Numbered from the stretch's first letter, positions 17,221 through 26,229 are shown. The stretch: 64,000 nt of DNA from an uncultured delta proteobacterium (GCA_963706575.1 CAVPNL010000001.1:384001-448000); one strand, 5' to 3'. Notes: a model not told the origin generated them from the sequence alone. Program-made: numbers and translations.

Positions 17221-18561
17221 TTACAAGTGATATGAATATTCATTAAATTCCCAATCGGTGACGTGAGTCCGGAAGCGTTCAAGTTCGTGTTCTTTAAGGG
17301 CCAGAAAGGCCTGAATCAATTCCGGCCCTAATGCTTCACAGAGGACGGTGTCTTCCTTCAGGTCCTGCAGCGCATCACGCAGGTGGAAGGTGACGGTTTC
17401 ATAAGTTCCGGGTTCAGATCCGTAAATATCGTCCGGTGCAGGTTCGCCGGGATCAATCTTATTTTGGATGCCATCCAGGCCAGCGGCCAATACGGCAGCC
17501 ATCGCCAGGTACGGGTTGGCCGATGCACAGGGCGCCCTGTTCTCCACGCGGGTGCCCGAACCTCTTTCAGCGGGTACGCGGCAATACACCGTGCGATTGT
17601 CCCAGCCCCAGGCCAGGTAAAATGGACAAAATGCACCCAGCACAAAACGGGCGTAAGAATTAATCGTAGGCGCCAAAATGGCCGACATCCCCCTGGCATG
17701 GACCATCTGGCCGCCCAGAAAGTGGCGCAACTGGTCGGATACGCCATCTTTTCCTTTGGGATCGTCAAATAGATTTTTCCTGGACTTCGGATCACTGACA
17801 GATACGTGAATGTGGTACCCGCTGCCGCCGCTTTCGGTCTTAGGACGTCCCATGAACGTCAGCAGAAGGTTATTCATGGCAGCGACTTCTTTGCATACAT
17901 ATTTGAAGGTGAAGGTCTGGTCGGCCATTTTGAGGGCTTCTTCGTACTTCCAGTTCACTTCATACTGGCCCGGGAAGAATTCATGGTTTAAGTAGATGAT
18001 TTCAAGGCCCAGTTCGATAAAGGTATTCTGAAGCAGTCGCAGCATACCTTGTGGGTCAACAAGCGGGTTTACCTGGTAGACGCAGGAAGGGCTGGTATTG
18101 TAAGACTGGCCGTCAGCATCGCCACCCTGGTTGAAAAGAAAAAATTCGAGCTCCGAGGCTGCTACGGGGTCCAGTTTCAGGTCCTGATATTGTTTTATAA
18201 TGCGCTGCAAAACATAACGCGGATCCATGGGCAGGGGTTCTCCGTCAGGCCCATAGGTGTTGCCGATGAAACGAGCAGTGCCCTCCAAATGCGGCAAGAC
18301 AGCAAAGGTATTCAGATCCGGTTTGACCGTCATGTCGCGCCATTGGATTTCATCTCCCACCCCGGAGCCCATGGCCACATCATTGGCAAAATCAATCGCA
18401 TAGGTGGCCTGAACGTGCTGCACACCTTCTTCGATCATTTCTTCCAGTCGACCGGCCGGAATGAGCTTGCTGCGACATATACCGTGAAGATCAGGAAAAT
18501 CAACGCGCAGGGAATCCACATTTGCCGCTATAATTCTCTCCTTAATCTGCTTAAGGTCCAT
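17221..18561 (-). CDS. Glutamine synthetase-like gamma-glutamylamide synthetase (GmaS/GlnT/PuuA-like)
   Basis: DLHGICRSK, ASELEFFL, HEFFPGQYE, TFMGRP...GSGYHIHVS, APTINSYAR, WGWDNRT, RVENRAP...NPYL; directly upstream of mgsABC, as gmaS/glnT is in known clusters. Confidence 0.85.
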   Translation of the reverse strand: MDLKQIKERIIAANVDSLRVDFPDLHGICRSKLIPAGRLEEMIEEGVQHVQATYAIDFANDVAMGSGVGDEIQWRDMTVKPDLNTFAVLPHLEGTARFIGNTYGPDGEPLPMDPRYVLQRIIKQYQDLKLDPVAASELEFFLFNQGGDADGQSYNTSPSCVYQVNPLVDPQGMLRLLQNTFIELGLEIIYLNHEFFPGQYEVNWKYEEALKMADQTFTFKYVCKEVAAMNNLLLTFMGRPKTESGGSGYHIHVSVSDPKSRKNLFDDPKGKDGVSDQLRHFLGGQMVHARGMSAILAPTINSYARFVLGAFCPFYLAWGWDNRTVYCRVPAERGSGTRVENRAPCASANPYLAMAAVLAAGLDGIQNKIDPGEPAPDDIYGSEPGTYETVTFHLRDALQDLKEDTVLCEALGPELIQAFLALKEHELERFRTHVTDWEFNEYSYHL

Positions 18562-18632
18562 ATTCCCCCCTTTCTGAGGAAGCATGAATGATGTTCATAT
18601 AATAAATATTTCTAATCAATTGGGACGAACTG

Positions 18633-18694
18633 ATGTAATTGATCATTCATAATGGGGCTTGATATGTAATATCTCATTCATTTTCTTGAGTCAA
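18633..18694 (-). promoter_or_regulatory. Putative sigma70 promoter of the BMC operon with two tandem operator-like repeats
   Basis: Minus-strand TTGACT (18694-18689)-N17-TATTAC; ATGTAATTGATCATTCAT (18633-18650) and ATGTAATATCTCATTCAT (18664-18681), 31 bp apart. Confidence 0.6.
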
Positions 18695-18941
18695 GTAAAA
18701 TTTGAGGTTCCATGTTCAATTGACAATACTTAAATTAAAAGTTTTGAATAATTATATATTATACTGTAATAATTAATAAAATATTTTATAGGCCTAAAGA
18801 TAGAACATGCAGAATTGAGAAAAGTATTGACTATTTTTCCTGGGAATTATTACTAGAACCGGGTAGAATCCAGATAGGAACGAAAACGACTTGAGCAAAA
18901 CCAAGGCAAAAAGTGGAAAAGTTTCACATTGGAGGTAAGTC

Positions 18942-19880
18942 ATGCATGACAACCGAATGGCGGTTATCGGAATAGGGGCTACCGGGACGGTTTTGGCTGC
19001 GATGCTTTTGCGTAACTATCCCGACACCTTTCTTATCGGCAGCACCCCGGCTTTGGGTGAAAAGCTGAGTAGAAAGGGTATTTTTGTTTCAGGCGAAATT
19101 TCTTGTAAAGCCTCAGTCAAAAATTATTCCTGTCAAATCGGATCTCTTAAAGATTTCAGACCGTCTTCAATCTTTCTGACCACTAAAACCTTTCACCTGG
19201 AAGGAATTCTCAATCACCTGCGAACGGTGTTTGAGCCCGGAATGAAAATAATTTCCTGTCAGAACGGATTGGGACCTGAGGATCTTGTCGCGGATCGATT
19301 CGGCCGGGATTCGACCCTGCGAATGTCGCTAAATTATGGCGTATCATTGAAGCGTGCCGCAGAAGCTCAAGTCACTTTTTTCAATCGGCCCAATCATTTA
19401 GGCAGCCTGTCGGGGGTAAATCAAAACCTGGGGCTACAACTCGCTGATCGGATCAGCGGCTGCGGATTGGAAACCGAACTTGTTGATGACATAAAATTAT
19501 TTGTATGGAAAAAAATGATTATGAAATGTACCATGGCGTCAATATGTGCGGTGACAGATAAGACCATCAAGGAAGCTTTGGAATATCCGCCCACACGGGA
19601 AATCGCAGATGCCTGCTTTAAGGAAGCCCTCGCGGTTGCCAGGGCAATGGGCTATGACCTGGGAGAAGATTACCTCCAACAGGCGCTCGGCTATCTGCAA
19701 AAGGTCGGCATCCATAAAGATTCGATGTGCAATGATATCGAAAACAAAACGCCAACCGAAATTGATTTTTTGGGCGCCAAAGTCGTCGAGTATGCGCGCC
19801 TCAAAGGGATTTCAACCCCATTTTATGCCACCATGACCAACCTGGTTAAGGCGATTGAAAGTAATTATTTGGAGAAGTAA
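18942..19880 (+). CDS. Ketopantoate reductase (PanE/ApbA) family oxidoreductase
   Basis: VIGIGATG, LTTKT, CQNGLG, WKKMIMK, SMCND...TEIDFL. Confidence 0.85.
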   Translation: MHDNRMAVIGIGATGTVLAAMLLRNYPDTFLIGSTPALGEKLSRKGIFVSGEISCKASVKNYSCQIGSLKDFRPSSIFLTTKTFHLEGILNHLRTVFEPGMKIISCQNGLGPEDLVADRFGRDSTLRMSLNYGVSLKRAAEAQVTFFNRPNHLGSLSGVNQNLGLQLADRISGCGLETELVDDIKLFVWKKMIMKCTMASICAVTDKTIKEALEYPPTREIADACFKEALAVARAMGYDLGEDYLQQALGYLQKVGIHKDSMCNDIENKTPTEIDFLGAKVVEYARLKGISTPFYATMTNLVKAIESNYLEK

Positions 19881-20022
19881 ACGTTTCAAACAATAGCTAG
19901 TTTTTTCCTCATTCTGTAATTTTCCAGGACTTGCCCTAAGGTACCTCCGACGCTTTCATTCGTGCACATTGGTTGAGAATTTTTAGAGATGCTACCCATG
20001 GCCTTGTCTTTGAAAGAAAATC

Positions 20023-20053
20023 TTGACCCCAAATTTGGTATACAGTATACAAA
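20023..20053 (+). promoter_or_regulatory. Putative promoter with GTATAC-A-GTATAC palindromic operator
   Basis: TTGACC (20023-20028)-N17-TATACA, overlapped by TTGGTATACAGTATACAA. Confidence 0.55.
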
Positions 20054-20116
20054 ACTCTTCAGGTGATCCTAAAAAACGTTATCCTTTTATTTTTGGTTTA
20101 GCCAAAAGGCATTGCG

Positions 20117-20620
20117 ATGAATGAAAACTCAATTATGGACCAGCTGGTGTATGATTCTGCCTCCGGCGCATTGACTTACCGAGATATCAGGTATGTGGTC
20201 ATCCGTCCTGAGACGATTGTCGGTTTTCAGAAAACCATAGAAAAACACAGCCGGAAGGGGGCTCAGGATGCCCTGTTTCAAGGAGGCTATCAGGGGGGAT
20301 ATCTCTCGGCCAAAAAATTCAAAGAAATGCAAAACCTTTCAGACAGTGAGACCATCAACTTTATGATGACCATGGGGGCTGAAATCGGATGGGGACATTT
20401 TCAACTGATAGATTATGATTTTGAAAACGACAAATTGCAAATCAAGGTTGAAAATTCTGCTTTTGCAGAAGCATACGGTGAATCAACGGAAGGTGTGTGT
20501 CATTTAATCAACGGCGTGCTCAGCGGCCTTGCCACAGTTCTTTTTGGGCGCAATTGTATGGGTTCCGAAATCGAGTGTTTGGCCAAGGGGGATAAGCATT
20601 GTGTTTTTCACATCAGATAA
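20117..20620 (+). CDS. V4R (4-vinyl reductase) small-molecule-binding domain protein
   Basis: IGWGHF...VENSAFAEAYG...VCHLINGVLSG...EIECLAKGDKHCVF. Confidence 0.85.
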   Translation: MNENSIMDQLVYDSASGALTYRDIRYVVIRPETIVGFQKTIEKHSRKGAQDALFQGGYQGGYLSAKKFKEMQNLSDSETINFMMTMGAEIGWGHFQLIDYDFENDKLQIKVENSAFAEAYGESTEGVCHLINGVLSGLATVLFGRNCMGSEIECLAKGDKHCVFHIR

Positions 20621-20632
20621 AAGGGGTTTCCA

Positions 20633-22177
20633 ATGATCCGGTCTATGAATATTGCCTGGTGGGTGCAACGCTGGAGTGATCTGCATCCGGACAAACCGGC
20701 TGTCATTTTTGAAGAAGAACAAATTTCCTATTCCGAACTGAACCAACGTGCCAATCGGGCCAGTTGCTGGTTGCAGTCGTTGGGAATCGAAAAAGGCGAT
20801 CGCGTGACGGTTATGCTGAACAACTGCCCTGAGTTTCTTGAACTTTTCCTGGCCTGCGCACGGCTGGGGGCCATTTTTGTGCCGCTTAATTTTCGGTCGG
20901 CCCCCCCGGAGCTGGATTATTTTCTTAAAAACTGTCGTCCCCGGCTGTTTGTATTCGGACACGAATTTATGGATAACGTAAAAAAACTGGATTTTGAAAA
21001 TACCCGACCGCAGGTGTTGTTATCATCGGTCGGCAAAGCGCCGGCCGATACAACAGTTGTAGATTATATCCGCGAATCGGCTGTCTTTGACGGCCGCAAA
21101 CCTTTTCTCACGCCTTCTTTGGGCCCGACCGATCCGGAAGAGCCCCAGGTCATCATGTATACCTCCGGCACCACCGGTCGGCCAAAAGGTGCCGTGCTCA
21201 GTCACCGCAAGACGTTTTTCAACTGCCTGAATGCCGACATCTTTTTTAAGATGCATTTTGACGACATCATGCTCGTCATATTGCCCCTGTTTCATTCCGG
21301 CGGTCTTTTTATCCAGGCATCGCCTGTCATCTACAAAGGCGCTACCATGGTCATGCATCCCAAATTTGACCCGCTAAAAGTCTATCAGGATATAGAGCGA
21401 TACAAGGTTACCAAATTTTTAGGTGTTCCGACCGTTTATCGGGCGCTTGTTAAAGTTGACCCGCAAGAAAGAGGAGATATTTCGTCCTTAAAGGTATGCG
21501 CCGGAGGAGGGGAGAAGACCACTCCCGAGTTGTTTGAAAAATGCAGAGAAGCCGGACTGGCGTTTCGCCAGGTCATGGGGCAAACGGAAACCTCGATATT
21601 GCTGTGGGCTTCGGAGGAAGATTCTTTTCGCAAACCGGGCACGGTGGGTCGGCCGGTATTTCACGCTGAAGTCAATATCGTGGATAAAAACGGTCGTCCG
21701 GTAAAACCTGGAGACGTCGGTGAGATCGTTGTGCGCGGCTCCATTATGATGAAGGAATACTGGCAGGACCCGGTCAGAACCGAAGAAACTATTCGAAACG
21801 GAATGCTCTACACCGGGGATCTTGCCCGTAGGGATGAAGAAGGCTATTATTTTCTGATCGACCGCGCAAGGGATATGTATATTACCGGCGGAGAAAATGT
21901 CTATCCGGCCGAAGTTGAGCGTATCTTAAGAGAGCACCCCGAAATTGAAGATATTGCCGTGGTGGGTGTGCCGGACGAAAGATGGGGGGAAGTCGGTCAG
22001 GCTTTTGTCATTCCCAAAAAAGATTTAAATTTCAGTGCTGATGGCCTCATTGGGTATTGCAAAGAGCGGATGGCAAAATTTAAATGCCCCAAACAGGTTG
22101 TACTCTGTGAAGATTTTCCACGGACTTCTCTTGGTAAAGTCCGTAAGCGGGAACTCATTAAAAATTCAAACAGCTAA
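20633..22177 (+). CDS. Acyl-CoA synthetase (ANL superfamily, FACL/MenE-like)
   Basis: MYTSGTTGRPKG, GQTE, YTGDLA, GGENVYPAEVE, PRTSLGKV. Confidence 0.92.
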   Translation: MIRSMNIAWWVQRWSDLHPDKPAVIFEEEQISYSELNQRANRASCWLQSLGIEKGDRVTVMLNNCPEFLELFLACARLGAIFVPLNFRSAPPELDYFLKNCRPRLFVFGHEFMDNVKKLDFENTRPQVLLSSVGKAPADTTVVDYIRESAVFDGRKPFLTPSLGPTDPEEPQVIMYTSGTTGRPKGAVLSHRKTFFNCLNADIFFKMHFDDIMLVILPLFHSGGLFIQASPVIYKGATMVMHPKFDPLKVYQDIERYKVTKFLGVPTVYRALVKVDPQERGDISSLKVCAGGGEKTTPELFEKCREAGLAFRQVMGQTETSILLWASEEDSFRKPGTVGRPVFHAEVNIVDKNGRPVKPGDVGEIVVRGSIMMKEYWQDPVRTEETIRNGMLYTGDLARRDEEGYYFLIDRARDMYITGGENVYPAEVERILREHPEIEDIAVVGVPDERWGEVGQAFVIPKKDLNFSADGLIGYCKERMAKFKCPKQVVLCEDFPRTSLGKVRKRELIKNSNS

Positions 22178-22254
22178 ACCTTTAGAAATGGTTTCAAAAC
22201 CACTTCTAGGGTCATGATACGCAAGCAATTTACAAAACACGGTTTTATTTTAGG

Positions 22255-22365
22255 TTTCAGGTGTCAGGTGTAAGACGACAGAAGACAGATGAACAAACTG
22301 CAAGATGAAGCAACCTATCCGCCTCTGTTTTCTGTTCTCTGTCATCTGTTTACTGACACCTGAAA
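22255..22365. repeat. Heptamer-based inverted-repeat hairpin between convergent genes
   Basis: Perfect 13-bp IR TTTCAGGTGTCAG (22255-22267) / CTGACACCTGAAA (22353-22365), with inner GACAGAAGACAGA vs TCTGTTTTCTGTTCTCTGTCATCTG arms. Confidence 0.7.
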
Positions 22366-22381
22366 ACATAAACACTAATTG

Positions 22382-23530
22382 CTATTTCGCCTTGCCCAGC
22401 AAATTATTGGAAATGATTACTTTCTCTACCTCTTTTGTGCCTTCGTAGATTTCGAGAACTTTACAGTCCCGGTAAAAGCGGGCAATATCATACTCGTTGA
22501 AAAAACCGTACCCGCCGTGCATTTGTAACGCCTCCTGGGCGACTGTGACGGCATTTTGGGCACAATACCATTTGGCCATTGCAATCAGGCCATGGTCCTC
22601 CTGGCCACTGTCGATGGTCCAGGCCGCTCGGTAGTATAGTGAACGTCCGGCTTCAATCAGAGTTGCCATTTCAGCAATCTTAAACCGAATGCCTTGAAAT
22701 GAAGCTATTTTTTTGCCAAATTGTTCTCTTTCCTTGATATGTTTGACGGCCTGCTCCAAAGCTCCCTGTGCAAGACCGACACCCTGAGCGCACACGGTAA
22801 TTCTTTCACGATTAAAAAGCCCCAGAATATGAGCAAAGCCTTCCTGCTCTTTTCCAATTAGATTGGTTGTCGGCACGCGCACATCTTTGAACACGACTTC
22901 AGCACAATCGGCTGCGCGGATACCCAGTTTATTTTTTAATTTGTTGGCTTGATATCCTGCTCTGTCGGTTTCAACCATGATGAGACTATATTGTCTATGG
23001 CGGGGCGCTTCCGGATGCGTTTTGCAAAACACCAGAATATAATCTGCCAGGGTGGCATTGCTGATGAACATTTTGCTACCGTTGATGATATACTCGTCCC
23101 TATCTCTAACAGCGGTTGTCTGGGCACTGGTGACATCCGATCCGGCATCCGGCTCGGTGATGGCGGTCCCCATAATCGCTTTAGCTTCCACCAGCGGTGT
23201 CAGATATTTTTTCTTTTGCTCCTCGCTGGCATGATCAATGATAATCTCGGCGCCAAAGGTCGTGGAGATGATGGCCTGGGATAGTCCGGGATCAATTCGC
23301 CAGAACTCTTCAACAATTAGGGCCTTTTCAAAAAAACCCAAGCCAAAACCGCCATATTCTTCAGGGATATACGACCCCACAAAACCAAGTTCCCGGGCCT
23401 TTTCAAGCAGGGCCATATCCAGTTCTTCCTTTAGGTCACATTCCTGAGCTACTGCAGGGAATTCGCCTTCGGCAAATTCCCTGGCCGCAAGTTTGATACC
23501 CTGCTGCTCCTTGTTCAATTTAAAATCCAT
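22382..23530 (-). CDS. Acyl-CoA dehydrogenase
   Basis: MDFKLNKEQ start after GAGGAGG; ITEPDAGSD, NGSKMFISN, KLGIRA, REQFGKKI, QMHGGYG, IYEGTKEV. Confidence 0.93.
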   Translation of the reverse strand: MDFKLNKEQQGIKLAAREFAEGEFPAVAQECDLKEELDMALLEKARELGFVGSYIPEEYGGFGLGFFEKALIVEEFWRIDPGLSQAIISTTFGAEIIIDHASEEQKKKYLTPLVEAKAIMGTAITEPDAGSDVTSAQTTAVRDRDEYIINGSKMFISNATLADYILVFCKTHPEAPRHRQYSLIMVETDRAGYQANKLKNKLGIRAADCAEVVFKDVRVPTTNLIGKEQEGFAHILGLFNRERITVCAQGVGLAQGALEQAVKHIKEREQFGKKIASFQGIRFKIAEMATLIEAGRSLYYRAAWTIDSGQEDHGLIAMAKWYCAQNAVTVAQEALQMHGGYGFFNEYDIARFYRDCKVLEIYEGTKEVEKVIISNNLLGKAK

Positions 23531-23637
23531 AATTAAAATCCTCCTCAAAAAACGGAATCGATTGAAAAGCGCAATTTGAATTTATATGACATCTGTTTGT
23601 GCAAAGCGATTCGTCGGGAACACAGCGATTGATAAAA

Positions 23638-24396
23638 TCAGGGAATCGTTAATCCGCCGTCAATGATGACATGCTCGCCAACAATATAACCGGCAAGATC
23701 TGATGCCAGGAATACAACCAGATTGGCGATCTCGGCGGGATCAGCGAACCGTTTGATGGGCACTCCTTTTAAAATCAATTCCCGTGATCCTTTTTGTAGA
23801 AATTGATCCACCAATTCTGTGTCGACAGGACCCGGCCCCACAGCGTTGACATTGATATTGTATTTGATCCATTCAATCGCCACTGACCGGGTAAAATGAA
23901 TAATGGCGGCCTTGCTGGAATGATAGGACGCATTTTTCGGTCCGGCGATGACGCCTCCCGTAGAGGCCATGTTGATGATTTTTCCGTACTTTTGTTCAAT
24001 CATATAGCGGCCGGCTGCCTGTGCACACAAGAAATAGGCCTTTAAGTTGACCGCCATCACTTTATCCCAGTCATCCTCGGTCTGTTCCATTAAGGCTGCG
24101 GGGGCCATGATGGCCGCGTTGTTAACTAAAATATGCAAACCGCCCAGCTGATCGATGGCCGTCGACATGAGTCGATCGACGGCTTCCTTGCGAGTCACAT
24201 CGGTGGGCACCGGCACTCCCTGGCATCCTTTTGACCGGATTTCTTCGGCCGTCTTTTCCAGTTGAACAGCCGTTCTGGCGGCCAAAACGACATCAGCACC
24301 GGCTTCAGCCAGGGCAATGGCGATGGCCTTTCCGATACCCCGTCCGGCGCCGGTGACAACCGCCACTTTTCCTTTCAGGTCGATTTCTATTGCCAT
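23638..24396 (-). CDS. Short-chain dehydrogenase/reductase
   Basis: TGAGRGIG, NNAA, YHSSK catalytic motif, IDGG. Confidence 0.92.
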   Translation of the reverse strand: MAIEIDLKGKVAVVTGAGRGIGKAIAIALAEAGADVVLAARTAVQLEKTAEEIRSKGCQGVPVPTDVTRKEAVDRLMSTAIDQLGGLHILVNNAAIMAPAALMEQTEDDWDKVMAVNLKAYFLCAQAAGRYMIEQKYGKIINMASTGGVIAGPKNASYHSSKAAIIHFTRSVAIEWIKYNINVNAVGPGPVDTELVDQFLQKGSRELILKGVPIKRFADPAEIANLVVFLASDLAGYIVGEHVIIDGGLTIP

Positions 24397-24439
24397 GCGT
24401 ATTTTCCTCCTGACGCTGCAGTAGCAAAAATCTCAGCTT

Positions 24440-24563
24440 GAAGCCATCTCGAAAATAGGATTTTGGTTCAAGATTCCGTCTTCGCCAAAAGGCTTCGCCG
24501 GGACATGCGAGGCACCAATCCCGCCAAAGGCGGGAGGTCAAAAGACATTTTTGAGATGGCTTC
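24440..24563. repeat. REP/MITE-like element with 17-bp terminal inverted repeats
   Basis: GAAGCCATCTCGAAAAT (24440-24456) / ATTTTTGAGATGGCTTC (24547-24563), 16/17 match; internal CCCGCCAAAGGCGGG hairpin. Confidence 0.72.
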
Positions 24564-25304
24564 TTACATCATAAAAGAGCCACCATCACAATTTATCGTT
24601 TGCCCGGTAATATAAGAAGCTTCATCCGAAGCCAGAAATACGGCCAGATTGGCCACTTCCATCGGATCTCCGAATCTGCCGAGGGGAATCCCGGATTTAA
24701 GTTTTTCCTGGGCTTCCGGTGGGACTGCTTTAAGCATGTCTGTCCAGATGGTTCCCGGAGAGATGCAGTTGCAGGTCACATTCTTACGACAAAGCTCTTT
24801 GGCCGCGGTGCGGGTCATGCCGACCACACCACCTTTAGAGGTCGCATAGTTCAGCTGTCCCGGGTTGCCAAATCTCGAAGTTGATGAAACATTAATGATG
24901 GTTCCTTTGCCTTGTTGCCGCATGTAGATCGCTGCCGCTTGCAGACAATTAAAACTGCCCTTCAAATTTACGTCTATCACCTGGTCCCATTGTTCCTCGG
25001 TCATTTTGTGCAGAATCGCATCCCTTGTGATGGCCGCATTATTTACCAGTATATCAAGATCACCCAAAATTTTAACCGTATCCGCCACCATGGATTCAAC
25101 AAACGCCTTTTGCGAAATATCACCGACAGCCATAAAGCATTTTCCGTTCATATCATTGACTTTGGACGCCACTTCTTTGAGGGCGTGCTCATCTATATCG
25201 CACAGGGTCACTTTAGCGCCTTCAGCAATAAACCTCAAAACCATGGCTTCACCGATGCCACGCGCTGCTCCGGTAACAATTGCCACTTTTTCTTTAAGTC
25301 GCAT
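24564..25304 (-). CDS. FabG-like 3-oxoacyl-CoA/ACP reductase (SDR)
   Basis: TGAARGIG, NNAAITRD, GNPGQLNYATSKGG, IPLGRFG, YITGQTI. Confidence 0.9.
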   Translation of the reverse strand: MRLKEKVAIVTGAARGIGEAMVLRFIAEGAKVTLCDIDEHALKEVASKVNDMNGKCFMAVGDISQKAFVESMVADTVKILGDLDILVNNAAITRDAILHKMTEEQWDQVIDVNLKGSFNCLQAAAIYMRQQGKGTIINVSSTSRFGNPGQLNYATSKGGVVGMTRTAAKELCRKNVTCNCISPGTIWTDMLKAVPPEAQEKLKSGIPLGRFGDPMEVANLAVFLASDEASYITGQTINCDGGSFMM

Positions 25305-25323
25305 CGTTTTCTCCTTTTAAAAA

Positions 25324-25758
25324 TTATGATTTATCCATGGGGTAGAGGACTTCAAACTGCCCGGTCAACTTGATCTCTCCCTTTTGATCTTTGGCCTCGG
25401 TATGACACAAAATGCGAAGGTTTTCGTCTTCTGCGACTTTCTCAGTTACGGTGGCACTGACTGAAATCGTATCGCCCGCAAATGTCATCCCCTTAAAACG
25501 CACCTGAAACCGCTTCAAATATCGTTTCGGCGCCCAGCAGGTAATGGCCTGGCCGACAAAGCCCATAATCAATAGCCCCTGTGCAATTACGCCCTTTAAA
25601 CCCGCCTTTTGAGCGACAGCGTCATCGGTATGCAGGGGATTAAAATCGCCTGAGGCCCCGGCATAGCGAACCAGTTGAGTCTTCGTTACCGGATCTTTTA
25701 CAACGATAGGGAGCATATCGCCAACTTCTATTTCACTAAAATTTACGTAAGGCGCCAT
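25324..25758 (-). CDS. MaoC-like (R)-specific enoyl-CoA hydratase, catalytic subunit
   Basis: YAGASGDFNPLHTD...VIAQG hydratase-2 motif. Confidence 0.88.
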   Translation of the reverse strand: MAPYVNFSEIEVGDMLPIVVKDPVTKTQLVRYAGASGDFNPLHTDDAVAQKAGLKGVIAQGLLIMGFVGQAITCWAPKRYLKRFQVRFKGMTFAGDTISVSATVTEKVAEDENLRILCHTEAKDQKGEIKLTGQFEVLYPMDKS

Positions 25759-25779
25759 GTTGTTATTCTGTTTCTATTT

Positions 25780-26229
25780 CTATAATCGTTCTATTATTAA
25801 AGATCTGGCCTTTAGGACGGTCTGGTCTTTTTGGTTGGTGAAAATGGTTTGCAGTGTAATCAGATCAAGACTTCCCGATTTGGTTTCCTTTTCAACAATC
25901 GATTCACAGGACATCTGACAGTGCAACACATCTCCGGGAAAAATTTCACCGATATATTCATATTCTTCCTCTCCATGCAGAACGCGCTCAAGCGGCACAT
26001 CGAGCATTTTGAAGATTTCGAGGTAAGCGCCGGTGAACTCCTGAAATGCCATCGTAATGTAAGTGGGCGGGCAGGGGGTATCCGGGTAACCTTCAGCTTC
26101 CGCCTTAGATCTGTCCAGGTAGATCGGGTTGTCATCCCCGATGGCAGCCATCAATTCCCGGATCTTTACGCGCTCGACTTCCAAGAGATAGGTCGGCAAT
26201 TTTACACCGATCTTTGATTTGTCTGCCAT
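25780..26229 (-). CDS. MaoC dehydratase N-terminal-type partner subunit (HadA/HadC-like)
   Basis: VERVKIRELMAAIGDDNPIY...PPTY...LHGEEEYEY. Confidence 0.85.
   Translation of the reverse strand: MADKSKIGVKLPTYLLEVERVKIRELMAAIGDDNPIYLDRSKAEAEGYPDTPCPPTYITMAFQEFTGAYLEIFKMLDVPLERVLHGEEEYEYIGEIFPGDVLHCQMSCESIVEKETKSGSLDLITLQTIFTNQKDQTVLKARSLIIERL

Noticed and set aside
14284..18561. Interpretation as housekeeping GS/GOGAT ammonia assimilation genes
   Set aside because: Disfavoured, not excluded. The three-gene split, MgsC/GlxD-like N-terminus, gene order and direct coupling to a sarcosine-oxidase-like complex fit the N-methylglutamate type better.
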